A stretch of DNA of 64,000 nt, taken from contig CAVQUB010000005.1 in assembly GCA_963716725.1 (NCBI GenBank), forward strand, positions 480,001 to 544,000. The letters are read 5' to 3'. The notes beneath the pieces were generated by a model. It ran no database searches. It was not told the DNA's origin and saw nothing but the letters and a program-made list of their open reading frames with translations. The number at the start of each line of letters is the position of its first letter. Within the stretch, counting starts at the first letter, position 1. Positions 1 through 9,207 of this stretch are shown here, piece after piece. The position numbers and the translations under genes were made by a program. Source of the stretch: an uncultured delta proteobacterium. Lineage in GTDB: Bacteria > Myxococcota_A > Polyangia > Polyangiales > Polyangiaceae.

Positions 1-1490
1 GCCAAGGCCAAGAGGCGCTCGCGATCGAACTCGGCGCGCGACAGATCAGCGCGGCACTTGCCGCGGAACAGCACCAGGACGCGGTGGCAGAGCGTCATCA
101 GCTCGTCGAACTCCGACGACGCCACCAGGACTGTCGCGCCTCGCGCAGCGACCTCGCGCACGAGTCGATGCACGTCGGCCTTCGCCGCCACGTCGATGCC
201 TCGGGTCGGATCGTCGAGCAAGAGCAGCTTCGGCTTCGAGAGCAGGCAGCGCGCGAGCGCGACCTTCTGCTGGTTCCCGCCAGAGAGGCAGCCTGCGGGC
301 GCCGCCATCGATGGGGCCACGAGGGCGAGGCGATTGGTCATCGCTGTAGCGAGCCTGCGCTCGCTCGTGAGTGAGAGCAGACCGTGGGGGAAGAGCCTGC
401 GGAGGCTGGTCAGCGTCACGTTGTCCGCGACCGGGCGAGCGGAAAACACGCTGTGAGAACGATCGCGGGCCAGGAGGGTGACGCCGCGCGAGACCGCCTG
501 CACTGGCGAGCGCGGCGCGTAGGCGTCGCCCGACAGTGTCATCTTTCCAACTGGCCGCGGCGCGATCGCGCCGAACAACGCCAGCAAGACCTCGCTCGCG
601 CCGGAGTCCGAGAGCCCCGCCACGCCGACGATCTCGCCCGCGCGGGCCTCGAAGGAGACCCGGTCCAACAGCGGGCGCCCGCCGGGCCCGCCCGGGACGC
701 CGAGCCCCGACACCGCGAGCGTGACCGGCCCCGGCTGCCCCTCGGCCGTCGCGCTGTCGCGCTCGACGCTGCGTCCCGCCATCTTCTCCACCAACGACCC
801 TTCGTCGAGCTCGCTGGCCGCCCCCGAGAACACCCCCCGTCCGTCGCGCAGCACCGTGACGCGATCGGCGACGCGGAAGATCTCCTCCAACCGATGCGAG
901 ATGAACACGATGCCCTTGCCCTGCTCGCGCAGTTCAGCCACGCGCTCGAACAAGAGCTTTGCTTCCGGCTCCGAGAGCGCGCTGGTGGGCTCGTCGAGGA
1001 TGAGCACCCGCGCGGCTTGGTGCAGAGCGCGCGCGATCTCGATCAGCTGTCGCTTGGCCAATCCGAGACATTCCACGCGCTCGCGGGGGTCCACGCCGAC
1101 GCCGACCTGCTCGAGGATCTGCCGCGCTTCATCGAGTCGGCGCGCAGCGAGCCAGGGCGCGGCGAGGCTTCGCCGCTCTCCCAAGAACAGGTTGTCGATC
1201 ACCGAAAGCGATGGGACCAGTGACAGCTCTTGGTGAATGGTCGCGACCCCGGCGCGCACCGCACTGTGCGGTTCGTCGAAGCGCACCATCTCGCCGCTCA
1301 CACGAAGCTCCCCCTCGAAGTCGGTGATCGCGCCCGACAGGATCTTGATCAGCGTGCTCTTGCCGGCGCCATTGCCGCCGGCCAAGACGTGGACCTCGCC
1401 GGGTCGCAGGTCGAACGAAACCCCCGACAGCGCTCGGGTCGAACCGAACGACTTGGCGACGGCGCGGAGTTCGAGCAGCGGTACGGTCAC
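1..1490 (-). CDS. Sugar ABC transporter ATP-binding protein (RbsA/MglA-like, two ATPase domains), 3' end runs off the window
   Basis: Manual translation from GTG at 1490: MTVPLLELRAVAKSFGSTRALSGVSFDLRPGEVHVLAGGNGAGKSTLIKIL (Walker A); later LILDEPTSAL and VLLLDDPTRGIDV. Absent from the ORF track because its stop lies outside the window. Confidence 0.9.
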   Translation of the reverse strand, partial: MTVPLLELRAVAKSFGSTRALSGVSFDLRPGEVHVLAGGNGAGKSTLIKILSGAITDFEGELRVSGEMVRFDEPHSAVRAGVATIHQELSLVPSLSVIDNLFLGERRSLAAPWLAARRLDEARQILEQVGVGVDPRERVECLGLAKRQLIEIARALHQAARVLILDEPTSALSEPEAKLLFERVAELREQGKGIVFISHRLEEIFRVADRVTVLRDGRGVFSGAASELDEGSLVEKMAGRSVERDSATAEGQPGPVTLAVSGLGVPGGPGGRPLLDRVSFEARAGEIVGVAGLSDSGASEVLLALFGAIAPRPVGKMTLSGDAYAPRSPVQAVSRGVTLLARDRSHSVFSARPVADNVTLTSLRRLFPHGLLSLTSERRLATAMTNRLALVAPSMAAPAGCLSGGNQQKVALARCLLSKPKLLLLDDPTRGIDVAAKADVHRLVREVAARGATVLVASSEFDELMTLCHRVLVLFRGKCRADLSRAEFDRERLLAL

Positions 1491-1552
1491 GCGAGGGAGA
1501 GTAACCAAACCGAGACGAAACGTGGCATGATCGGCGGACGCGGAGGTTCAAC

Positions 1553-2158
1553 ATGCGTGGATTGGCACTTGGCTTGGTGTTGGTGATGCTCTCGGTGAGC
1601 GCTTGTGGCGACGATGGCGACGACGGCGGCGGCAGCGGCGGCAAGAGCACCGGTGGCACTGGCGGCGGCAGCGCGGGCAGCGGCGGAGCGACTGGCGGCA
1701 CGGGTGGCGGAACCGCAGGCAGCGGCGGAGCGACCGGTGGCACTGGCGGCGGCAGCGCGGGCAGCGGCGGAGCGACCGGCGGTACGGGCGGCGGCAGCGC
1801 GGGCAGCGGCGGCACCAGCGGCGCCGGTGGCAGCACCGACGGCGGCAAGCCCGACGGCGGCAAACCCGACGGCGGCAAACCCGACGGCGGCAAGCCCGAC
1901 GGCGGCAACACCGACGGCGGCAACACCGATGGCGGCAAACCCGATGCCAGCCCGAACACGGATGGCGGCGGAGCGTGCACGGCCGACAAACAATGCAAGC
2001 TCTTCTCGTCGTACTGCAGCACGGCTCCCTGTCAGTGTATCGCTCTCCCATCCGGCCAAGCAGATCCCAAGTGCGGTGGCACGCTGGTGAACTGTCTGAA
2101 AGATCCCTGTCTCGGCAAAGTCGCGACGTGCAACGGCGGCACCTGTCAAGTGAAGTGA
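1553..2158 (+). CDS. Gly-rich lipoprotein with DGGKP repeats and a small Cys-rich C-terminal domain
   Basis: GGAGG SD upstream; lipobox SVSA-C; GGSAGSGGATGGT and DGG(K/N)(P/T) repeats; Cys-rich tail. Confidence 0.8.
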   Translation: MRGLALGLVLVMLSVSACGDDGDDGGGSGGKSTGGTGGGSAGSGGATGGTGGGTAGSGGATGGTGGGSAGSGGATGGTGGGSAGSGGTSGAGGSTDGGKPDGGKPDGGKPDGGKPDGGNTDGGNTDGGKPDASPNTDGGGACTADKQCKLFSSYCSTAPCQCIALPSGQADPKCGGTLVNCLKDPCLGKVATCNGGTCQVK

Positions 2159-3504
2159 GAGCGGCAGCGCTCGCACTTGTCGTCAGCGTCTCGGCCTGCG
2201 GCTCGCGCTCGGGCTTACTCGAGCCCGGGCCCAGCGCCGGCGGTGCATCGGGCAGCGGCGCGACCAGCGGAGCTGGCGGTGGCGGTGGAAGCGGCGGCGG
2301 GGGGGTCGGCGGCGTCGGTGGAAGCGTCGGCGGCGTCGGCGGCGGCGGCACCGGCGGCACTGTCGCGTGCAATAGCCTGTTTCAAATCGAGCCCAGCGTC
2401 GTGGTGCAGCAGCTTGCCGGCGATCAGGACTCCGCGCCCGACCTCGTGTTCTCGAGCGACGGCGGCGAGCAGGTCAGCGTCGCGTTCTTGCGTCAGCCCC
2501 TGGGTCCGGCGAGCTTCCGACAGATCCGCCACGCGACCCTGTCGCCGTGGTCGGACTGGCCGACGGCAGGCCAGCTCGCGCCGGCCTACGAAACCTTCAA
2601 AAGTCCCCAGCTTTCGCCCAAGTTCCGGGCCGGTTCGGGCTTCGGTGAGCACCTGTCGCTCCTGGTGGCGCACGAGGCGGGCGCTACGGCCGTCACCAGC
2701 TTCGCGCCGATGGTCGCGGCCCAAGCGTCGAGCGCCGGGCCGACCGTGGGCGTCCAGGGTTCGACGCCGGCCTTCGTCGCGCGCGGATCGGGGGGCCGCC
2801 ACTTGGTCGGAACGCGGGACGACACGTTGCTCTGGGGCCAGGTCGTTCAAGGCAACTCGGTCGTTCAGAGCAGCATCGTGGGATGCGCCGCCTTCGCGCC
2901 CATCGCGGATGCGGTTCAGTTCGGCGACGGTTGGTTGGTGGCGGTGGCGTCGGGTCAGAAGACGCCGATCTTGGGCTGCGAGGCAGATCCGGGCCCGCCG
3001 AGTCGCGTCGATGTGGTCCGAGTGAATGCAGATGGCACGGCAGAGTTCGTCACCGGCATCGATGCTGGCGCGCCGATCATGCACCTCGCGGCGGCGCCTC
3101 ACCCCGACGGCCTGTACGTCGTGTATCGCGTCGCCAGCGGTGGCGTAATGGCGCCCATCCGATGGTTGCGCGTCTCCGCGTCGGGTGCGGGCATCGTCGG
3201 TCCCGGAGACGTGTCGGGGCCGGCGGACGTACCCCTCGACTTCGACGCGACCTCCCTCGGCGATCGCCTGGTCGTGGCGTGGGGCAACGATCCGGCGGGC
3301 AACCCGCCAGATCTCGTGATCTCCGTGCTCGACCCCTTCGGAGCACAGCTCGCTCAGCACGCCTGGGAGCCCGAGTTCTTCGGGCCCGTATCGGTGATTG
3401 GCGCCCCGTCGGGCAATTCGCTCTTGGTCGCGTGGCAGGGCCCGTCCCCGGCACTCGTGACCGGTGTCTCGCTGACCCGCCTCGACTGCGTTGGCGATCT
3501 GTAG
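2155..3504 (+). CDS. Putative lipoprotein, hypothetical (beta-rich)
   Basis: GTG at 2155 overlaps the upstream stop (GTGA); MRAAALALVVSVSA-CGSRSGL lipobox; Gly linker; same frame as ORF 1603..3504. Confidence 0.75.
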   Translation: MRAAALALVVSVSACGSRSGLLEPGPSAGGASGSGATSGAGGGGGSGGGGVGGVGGSVGGVGGGGTGGTVACNSLFQIEPSVVVQQLAGDQDSAPDLVFSSDGGEQVSVAFLRQPLGPASFRQIRHATLSPWSDWPTAGQLAPAYETFKSPQLSPKFRAGSGFGEHLSLLVAHEAGATAVTSFAPMVAAQASSAGPTVGVQGSTPAFVARGSGGRHLVGTRDDTLLWGQVVQGNSVVQSSIVGCAAFAPIADAVQFGDGWLVAVASGQKTPILGCEADPGPPSRVDVVRVNADGTAEFVTGIDAGAPIMHLAAAPHPDGLYVVYRVASGGVMAPIRWLRVSASGAGIVGPGDVSGPADVPLDFDATSLGDRLVVAWGNDPAGNPPDLVISVLDPFGAQLAQHAWEPEFFGPVSVIGAPSGNSLLVAWQGPSPALVTGVSLTRLDCVGDL

Positions 3505-3506
3505 AA

Positions 3507-3550
3507 ACACGAACGCCGCGGATCCCCGAAGGAACCCGCGGCGCGCGTGT
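3507..3550 (-). terminator. Hairpin, probable intrinsic terminator between convergent genes
   Basis: Minus strand ACACGCGCGCCGCGGGTTCC-TTCG-GGGATCCGCGGCGTTCGTGTTT: long stem, cTTCGg loop, short T run. Confidence 0.55.
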
Positions 3551-3564
3551 GGCAGAGGCGACTG

Positions 3565-6078
3565 TCAGCCAGTGCCGGGCAGGGTGGCGTTCGACAGCCA
3601 CTTGAAGCCGTCGAGCAACACGCTCGAGTCGAAGGCCGTGTCACCCACGTCCCAGACCACGATGCGCAGCTCGACGATCTGTCCCGGAACGACGTTGCCC
3701 GCCGTGGTCAGCCAGAACGATCCGCCACCGACCGTGCATGCGCCGGACTTCTCGAAGCCGGTCCCGAGCAGACCGCCGATGCCCGCGCCGCACGAGGCCG
3801 CGTTCACGCTGCTGTCCCAGCAACCCGGGTTGCTCGCCTGGCTCTCGCACACCGCGAACAGGCTGGTGCCCGCCGCGATGTTGATACCGATGGGCCACTT
3901 CTTGCCCGCCGTGTCCAGGTAGGTCATCAGGTTCTTGTCGATGGGGTTCGGAATCGGCGAGGGCGCGCCGCTTGGCGTGTCCACCAGCGCGACCAGCTGG
4001 TCGTTGAAGTCCGTGCACACGTACTCGGGGTACTCCGCGCTCAGGAAGTACGAGTTGAACGAGAAGGCCCGAGCGTTGGTCGGCGCGCGCAGGCGCAGCC
4101 GCAGCATGACCGAGTCGCGAGCGAGGTTCGGTCCACCCGAGGTCCCCGAGCCGCAGTTCGGCGCCACGGGCAGCGCGTTGGCGGCCTTGAGCGGCGGGTT
4201 TGCGGTGGTGAACCAGTCCTTGATGCAGCGCGCGTCCGTGCAGGTCGAGACGTTGACCGAGCTGCTCGGACCGTGCGTCGTGCTGACGTTGAACCCGCCC
4301 GGCGCGCCGCCGTTCGGACCTGGGTTGGTCTGCGTCGCGTCGGAGGCAATGCCGCTCGAGAAGACCGCCATCGAGCCGCCCTCGATCGGCACGTTGTTCG
4401 TGCCGAACTTCGGTCGGATCGAGCGAGCTCGGACGTCGCCCAGGGCAGAGCCGTCGGCGCGCAAGAGCTCGGCGGTGATCAAGCCCCAGGTCTTGTCCTT
4501 CTTGGCCGCGGGGGTTTCGGTGGTCGTGCGGCAGACCCCAATCGCCTTGGCGTAGTCGCCCGCCGTCGCGGAGTTGGACGCCAGCGTCTGATCGCAGGGC
4601 AGCGCGTCTTCTTGGTCGAAGAGATCGATCTTGGCGTTGCAGTTGTCGTCGATGCCGTTGCCCACGACCTCCACCGCGCCCGGGTTCACGTACTGCGGCT
4701 CACTGCCGCAGGTGCCCGGCTTGTCGCAGCAGTCACCTTCGGAGGCCAGCCAACCGTCGCCGTCGCAATCGGTGGTGGCGCTGTTGCACTGCTGGCAGGT
4801 TCCGGTCACGCACTTCGCGCCGGGCGCGCAGGCGTTGCCGCAGGTTCCGCAGTTGGCCAAATCGATCTGCGTGTTGACGCACGAGTTGCCACACTTGGTG
4901 AGGCTGCCGCCGCATACACTGGCGCAGGTGCCGTTGTTGCAGATCTGGCCCGACGTGCAGGCGGTGCCGCAGGTGCCGCAGTTCGCGCCGTCGGTCTTGG
5001 TGTCGACGCAGGTCGAGCCGCACTTGGTGGTGCCGCCGGAGCACTGCAAGCTGCAGGTGCCCGTCGAGCAGACCTGGCCGCTGGGGCACGCATTGCCGCA
5101 GCCGCCACAGTTCGCGGGATCGGTGTCGGTGACGACGCAGGCTGTGCCGCATTTGATGGCGCCGCCGGAACACTGCAGGCCGCAGGTCCCCGTCGAGCAG
5201 ACCTGCCCGCCGGTGCAGGCGTTTCCGCAAGTGCCGCAGTTGGTCGAGTCGCTGTTGGTGTCGACGCATACGGTGCCACACTTGGTGGTGCCGCCGCTGC
5301 AGGTCAGACCGCAGGTGCCCGTCGAGCAGACCTCGCCCCCGCTGCAGGCGGTGCCGCAGGTGCCGCAATTGGCCGGATCGATCTGAGTGTCGACGCATTT
5401 GTTCCCGCAGAGCGCGGTGCCGCCGAGACACTGGCTCGCGCACTGCCCCGCGGAGCAGACCTCGCCGGTCTTGCAGGTCGTGCCGCAAGCGCCGCAGTTG
5501 GCGGGATCGATCTGGGTGTCGACGCACTTGTTGCTGCACTCAGTGGTTCCGCCCAGGCACTGGCTCGCGCATTTTCCGGCGGAGCAGAGCTCGCCGGTCT
5601 TGCACGCGGTGCCGCAAGCGCCGCAGTTGGCGGGATCGATCTGGGTGTCGACGCACTTGTTGCTGCACTCGGTAGTCCCGCCCAGGCACTGGCTCGAACA
5701 CTGCGCGGCCGAGCAGAGCTCACCGGTCTTGCATGCCATCTCGCAGCCGCCGCAGTTGGACGGGTCGATAGTGGTGTCGACGCACTTGCCGTTGCACAGC
5801 GTGGCGCCAGGACACTGCCCGCCGCCGCCGCCGGTGGCGCCGCTGCCGCCCGTAGCGCCGCTGCCGCCCGTAGCGCCGCTGCCGCCGGTGGCGCCGCTGC
5901 CGCCTGTGGCGCCGCTGCCGCCTGTGGCGCCGCTGCCGCCTGTGGCGCCGCTGCCGCCAATGCCCGCAGATGACCCGCTGTCGCTGCCGCAGCCGGCGAG
6001 CGGGGCGGCCGCGAACGCGGCGAGCGCAGCGACGGTCAGAGCCGCCGAGCGCAGTTTGGATCGATGATTGGTTTTCAT
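3565..6078 (-). CDS. Large Cys-rich surface lipoprotein: eight 43-aa Stig1/MXAN_6577-like repeats, putative metal-binding motif, choice-of-anchor-L-like C-terminal domain
   Basis: Start MKTNHRSK at 6078 with GGAG SD; lipobox LAG-C; repeats CVDTQIDPANCGACGTAC; DCDGDGW..DCCD..PGAVEVVGNGIDDNC; SAEYPEYVCTDFND and WDVGDTAFDSSV motifs. Confidence 0.8.
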   Translation of the reverse strand: MKTNHRSKLRSAALTVAALAAFAAAPLAGCGSDSGSSAGIGGSGATGGSGATGGSGATGGSGATGGSGATGGSGATGGSGATGGGGGQCPGATLCNGKCVDTTIDPSNCGGCEMACKTGELCSAAQCSSQCLGGTTECSNKCVDTQIDPANCGACGTACKTGELCSAGKCASQCLGGTTECSNKCVDTQIDPANCGACGTTCKTGEVCSAGQCASQCLGGTALCGNKCVDTQIDPANCGTCGTACSGGEVCSTGTCGLTCSGGTTKCGTVCVDTNSDSTNCGTCGNACTGGQVCSTGTCGLQCSGGAIKCGTACVVTDTDPANCGGCGNACPSGQVCSTGTCSLQCSGGTTKCGSTCVDTKTDGANCGTCGTACTSGQICNNGTCASVCGGSLTKCGNSCVNTQIDLANCGTCGNACAPGAKCVTGTCQQCNSATTDCDGDGWLASEGDCCDKPGTCGSEPQYVNPGAVEVVGNGIDDNCNAKIDLFDQEDALPCDQTLASNSATAGDYAKAIGVCRTTTETPAAKKDKTWGLITAELLRADGSALGDVRARSIRPKFGTNNVPIEGGSMAVFSSGIASDATQTNPGPNGGAPGGFNVSTTHGPSSSVNVSTCTDARCIKDWFTTANPPLKAANALPVAPNCGSGTSGGPNLARDSVMLRLRLRAPTNARAFSFNSYFLSAEYPEYVCTDFNDQLVALVDTPSGAPSPIPNPIDKNLMTYLDTAGKKWPIGINIAAGTSLFAVCESQASNPGCWDSSVNAASCGAGIGGLLGTGFEKSGACTVGGGSFWLTTAGNVVPGQIVELRIVVWDVGDTAFDSSVLLDGFKWLSNATLPGTG

Positions 6079-6314
6079 TTCAGCTCCATTGCTTGCGGAC
6101 CTGCCCGCAGCGACCCCGCGGACGTGCGCCTGCCAAGAGGTGGGCGCACCGTCGCCGGGTCTCATACCTGCGCCGCAGGCTCGATCTTCCTCGAGCCCGC
6201 ATGTCGCAGTTTTCATGGGAAATTTTGCCGTGGCGCTGGTTGCCGAGCAGTCATGTTAGAAGGCGGGTCCCGACTGAGAGTGATGTCACCTCAGGTTCTT
6301 CCACGGAGATCGTC

Positions 6315-6674
6315 GTGAGCCACTGGGCCTCAGCGCTGGCTTTTCTCGTCCTATCCGCCGTCGTCGGCGCGAGCATGCTCCTCATCGCGAGACTGCTCGG
6401 GGTGCGCGCGCGCGTACACTCGCCGCTGAAGCACCAGACCTACGAATGTGGCGAAGAGCCGGAGGGGCCGGCCTGGCTCAAATTCCATCCGCGCTACTAC
6501 GTGGTGGCGCTGGTCTTTGTCGTCTTCGACGTCGAGGCGGCGTTCTTGTTCCCCTGGGCCGTGAGCGTCGGCAAGCTCGGGCTCATCGCCATCATCGACA
6601 TGGTGATCTTTGTCGCCATCCTGATGCTCGGCTGGTGGTACGCGGTCAAGAAGGGCGCCCTGAAGTGGCAGTGA
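6315..6674 (+). CDS. nuoA: NADH-quinone oxidoreductase subunit A
   Basis: GTG start at 6315; YECGEEP and FVVFDVE motifs, three TM segments, C-terminal KGALKW. Confidence 0.95.
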   Translation: MSHWASALAFLVLSAVVGASMLLIARLLGVRARVHSPLKHQTYECGEEPEGPAWLKFHPRYYVVALVFVVFDVEAAFLFPWAVSVGKLGLIAIIDMVIFVAILMLGWWYAVKKGALKWQ

Positions 6675-7411
6675 ACGAAGACGACCGGTCGTTTCAGCAC
6701 CCGCTCTACGACAGCCTGGCCCGCATGCCGGGGCTCGACGTCGCGACCACGAGCGTGGACAAGCTCCTGAGCTGGGGTGCGTCCAACTCGCTCTGGATCT
6801 TTGCCATGGCCACCAGCTGTTGCGGCATCGAGCTGATGGCCGCCGCCGCGAGCCGAGTCGATCTCGACCGCATGGGCACTATCGTCCGCGGCTCGCCGCG
6901 CCAGAGTGATCTGATGGTGGTCGCCGGGACCATCACGGTGAAGATGGCGCCGCGCGTGAAGAAGCTCTGGGATCAGATGCCCGAACCGAAGTGGTGCATC
7001 GCCATGGGCTCGTGCGCCATCAGCGGCGATTTCTACCGAGACATCTACTCGGTCGTGCCGGGCATCGACACCTTTTTGCCGGTCGACGTCTACATCCCGG
7101 GCTGTCCGCCCAACCCAGAGGCGCTGATGCACGGGCTCATGCGCCTACAGGAGAAGATCAAGGCCTTCCGTGCTGGAGAGCCCCGCGACGCCGCCGAGCG
7201 GCCGCCGACGCCCGAGCACATGCGGCTACCGCGCCTGCCCCGCCTCGACGATCCAAGTCGGCCCGAAGAGCTGAGCCTGCTGCAGACTCGGAGTGCCGGA
7301 AGCCTTGGCCTCGGGACGGAGCTGAACTTGGTCGAGCTTCGCCGCTCCAAGGAAGGCGAAGCCCTGGAAGCCAAGCTCGCGGGGCTGCGTGCCCCCGTGA
7401 AGAAGGAGTAG
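6671..7411 (+). CDS. nuoB: NADH-quinone oxidoreductase subunit B with C-terminal extension
   Basis: GTGA overlap with nuo[19 protein letters not shown] and YIPGCPP motifs. Confidence 0.95.
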   Translation: MNEDDRSFQHPLYDSLARMPGLDVATTSVDKLLSWGASNSLWIFAMATSCCGIELMAAAASRVDLDRMGTIVRGSPRQSDLMVVAGTITVKMAPRVKKLWDQMPEPKWCIAMGSCAISGDFYRDIYSVVPGIDTFLPVDVYIPGCPPNPEALMHGLMRLQEKIKAFRAGEPRDAAERPPTPEHMRLPRLPRLDDPSRPEELSLLQTRSAGSLGLGTELNLVELRRSKEGEALEAKLAGLRAPVKKE

Positions 7412-7414
7412 CCC

Positions 7415-7903
7415 GTGAAAGGCGCTGCGAAGAACCAAGAGCTCGAGAAGCTGCTTGCCGACGAGTTCGGCGTGACCGATTTCCCGGCCGATGCGCCGGC
7501 GATCGTGGACCGCTCACGTCACCTCGAGCTTGCCGAAAGGCTCAAACAACTCGGCTACCGCATCTACGTGACCGTGGTCGTCACCCACTACCTGCCCCAG
7601 CTTGCGAGCAAGACCGGTCCGGAGCAGCCGGAGCACTTCGAGGTGGCCACGGCGCTGCGCAAGCCGACGAAGGGTGCGGCCCTCGCCGTCTGGCGGACCC
7701 GACTCGCTCCGGGCGAGAGCCTCGACTCTCTTGTCTCGCTGTTTGCGGGAGCCGACTGGCAAGAACGCGAGCAATACGACCTGCTGGGCGTGACGTTCGA
7801 GAACCACCCGGATCTGCGCCGGCTGATGATGCCCGACGACTGGGAAGGGCACCCGCTACGCAAGGACTACGCCATCGATACGGCGTGCACGCCTTGGAGG
7901 TGA
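7415..7903 (+). CDS. nuoC: NADH-quinone oxidoreductase subunit C
   Basis: [40 protein letters not shown] signature. Confidence 0.93.
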   Translation: MKGAAKNQELEKLLADEFGVTDFPADAPAIVDRSRHLELAERLKQLGYRIYVTVVVTHYLPQLASKTGPEQPEHFEVATALRKPTKGAALAVWRTRLAPGESLDSLVSLFAGADWQEREQYDLLGVTFENHPDLRRLMMPDDWEGHPLRKDYAIDTACTPWR

Positions 7904-7907
7904 GCCG

Positions 7908-9176
7908 ATGGAGCTGAGCGTCGATCCCAAGCCAGGCAAGCCCGCCAAGAAGGCCTCGGAGCAGACCGGACCGCCCTGGTTCGTCCAGGGCGCCGCGGCG
8001 CCCATCGAGCGCGCGAACCCCTACCTCGAGATCGAGGACTACGATCCCGAGGCGGATCTGATGGTGCTGAACCTCGGGCCCCAGCACCCGAGCACTCACG
8101 GAGTCTTCCGCGTCAAGCTCTACCTCGACGGTGAGTTGATCGTGAAAGCCGTGCCCTACGCCGGCTATCTGCATCGCGGGGTCGAGAAGTTGTGCGAGAA
8201 GCTGGCGTTCACCCAGATCACGCCCATCGTCGACAAGAACGACTACGTGTCGCCGATGATGAACGAGCAGGCCATCAACATGGCCTTCGAGGCCCTGCTC
8301 GGCGCCGAGGTGCCGCGACGCGCTCGTTACATCCGCACCATCGTCGCGGAACTCCAGCGCATCGCCAGCCACCTGCTCTGGCTCGGGACCTTCGGCCTCG
8401 ACCTGGGCGGCGCGCTTGGCGGCGGATCGACGGTGTTCCTTCACTGTTTCCGCGAGCGCGAGCTGATCATGGACCTCTTCGAGGCCCTGACCGGCTGCCG
8501 CTTCCACTACAACACGCACACCGTCGGCGGTAACCGTCACGACATCCCCGAGGGCTGGGCTTCGCAGGTGAAGCAAGCGCTCTCGGTCATCGACTCGCGA
8601 GTCGGCGAGTACGAAGAGCTGATGACGCACAACGCCATCTTCGTGAAGCGCACGCGCGGGGTCGGGGTCGTCGACGGCGAGCTGTGCTTGGAGCTCGGGA
8701 TCACCGGGCCCATGCTCCGAGCCGCGGGCGTCGACTACGACATGCGCCGCGATGCGCCCTACCACGCCTACGACGAGATCGAGGTGCGGGTTCCGACCGA
8801 GACCGCCGGTGATTGCGAGGCGCGGACGGTGGTCCGCATCCGCGAGATCGCGGAGAGCACGCGCATCGTGCGCGAGCTGATCGACGGCGTGCCGGAAGGC
8901 CCGATTTGCGGTCACAAACCAATCAAGATCGTGCTGCAAGAGCGCAGTGCTGGCGGGCAAGCCTACGCGGCCCTCGAGAGTCCTCGCGGAGAGCTCGGCA
9001 CCTGGGTCATCGGAGGCGGCGCCAACAAGGGCACGAGCCCCTATCGACTGAAGATCCGGCCTCCAAGCCTGCACGCCGCGAGCTGCTTGCCCTACGTGCT
9101 TCCCGGCCACAGCTTGAGCGACGCCATCGTAATTCTGGGCAGCGTCGACCCCATCATGGGCGAAGTCGATCGTTGA
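7908..9176 (+). CDS. nuoD: NADH-quinone oxidoreductase subunit D
   Basis: LNLGPQHPSTHGVFR, GYLHRGVEK, ESPRGELG and C-terminal GEVDR motifs. Confidence 0.95.
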   Translation: MELSVDPKPGKPAKKASEQTGPPWFVQGAAAPIERANPYLEIEDYDPEADLMVLNLGPQHPSTHGVFRVKLYLDGELIVKAVPYAGYLHRGVEKLCEKLAFTQITPIVDKNDYVSPMMNEQAINMAFEALLGAEVPRRARYIRTIVAELQRIASHLLWLGTFGLDLGGALGGGSTVFLHCFRERELIMDLFEALTGCRFHYNTHTVGGNRHDIPEGWASQVKQALSVIDSRVGEYEELMTHNAIFVKRTRGVGVVDGELCLELGITGPMLRAAGVDYDMRRDAPYHAYDEIEVRVPTETAGDCEARTVVRIREIAESTRIVRELIDGVPEGPICGHKPIKIVLQERSAGGQAYAALESPRGELGTWVIGGGANKGTSPYRLKIRPPSLHAASCLPYVLPGHSLSDAIVILGSVDPIMGEVDR

Positions 9177-9207
9177 CCCCGGCGTCGCTCTCCGCGACAC
9201 TGCCCGC

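Noticed and set aside
1620..5960. Gly-rich 15- and 18-nt coding repeats (DGGKP, GGSGAT) as members of the RAYT-linked repeat family
   Set aside because: Unrelated in sequence to arrays 1-3 and typical lipoprotein linkers. They do show that short-period repeats are common here, which tempers the main finding.
6079..6314. Riboswitch in the divergent intergenic region (hairpin about 6175-6200, GGCAAA on the minus strand)
   Set aside because: I could not match the full c-di-GMP-I or any other aptamer architecture; an Infernal/Rfam scan would be needed.
7908..9176. Group 4 NiFe hydrogenase large subunit
   Set aside because: Lacks both CxxC Ni-binding motifs and ends in the NuoD-type GEVDR.
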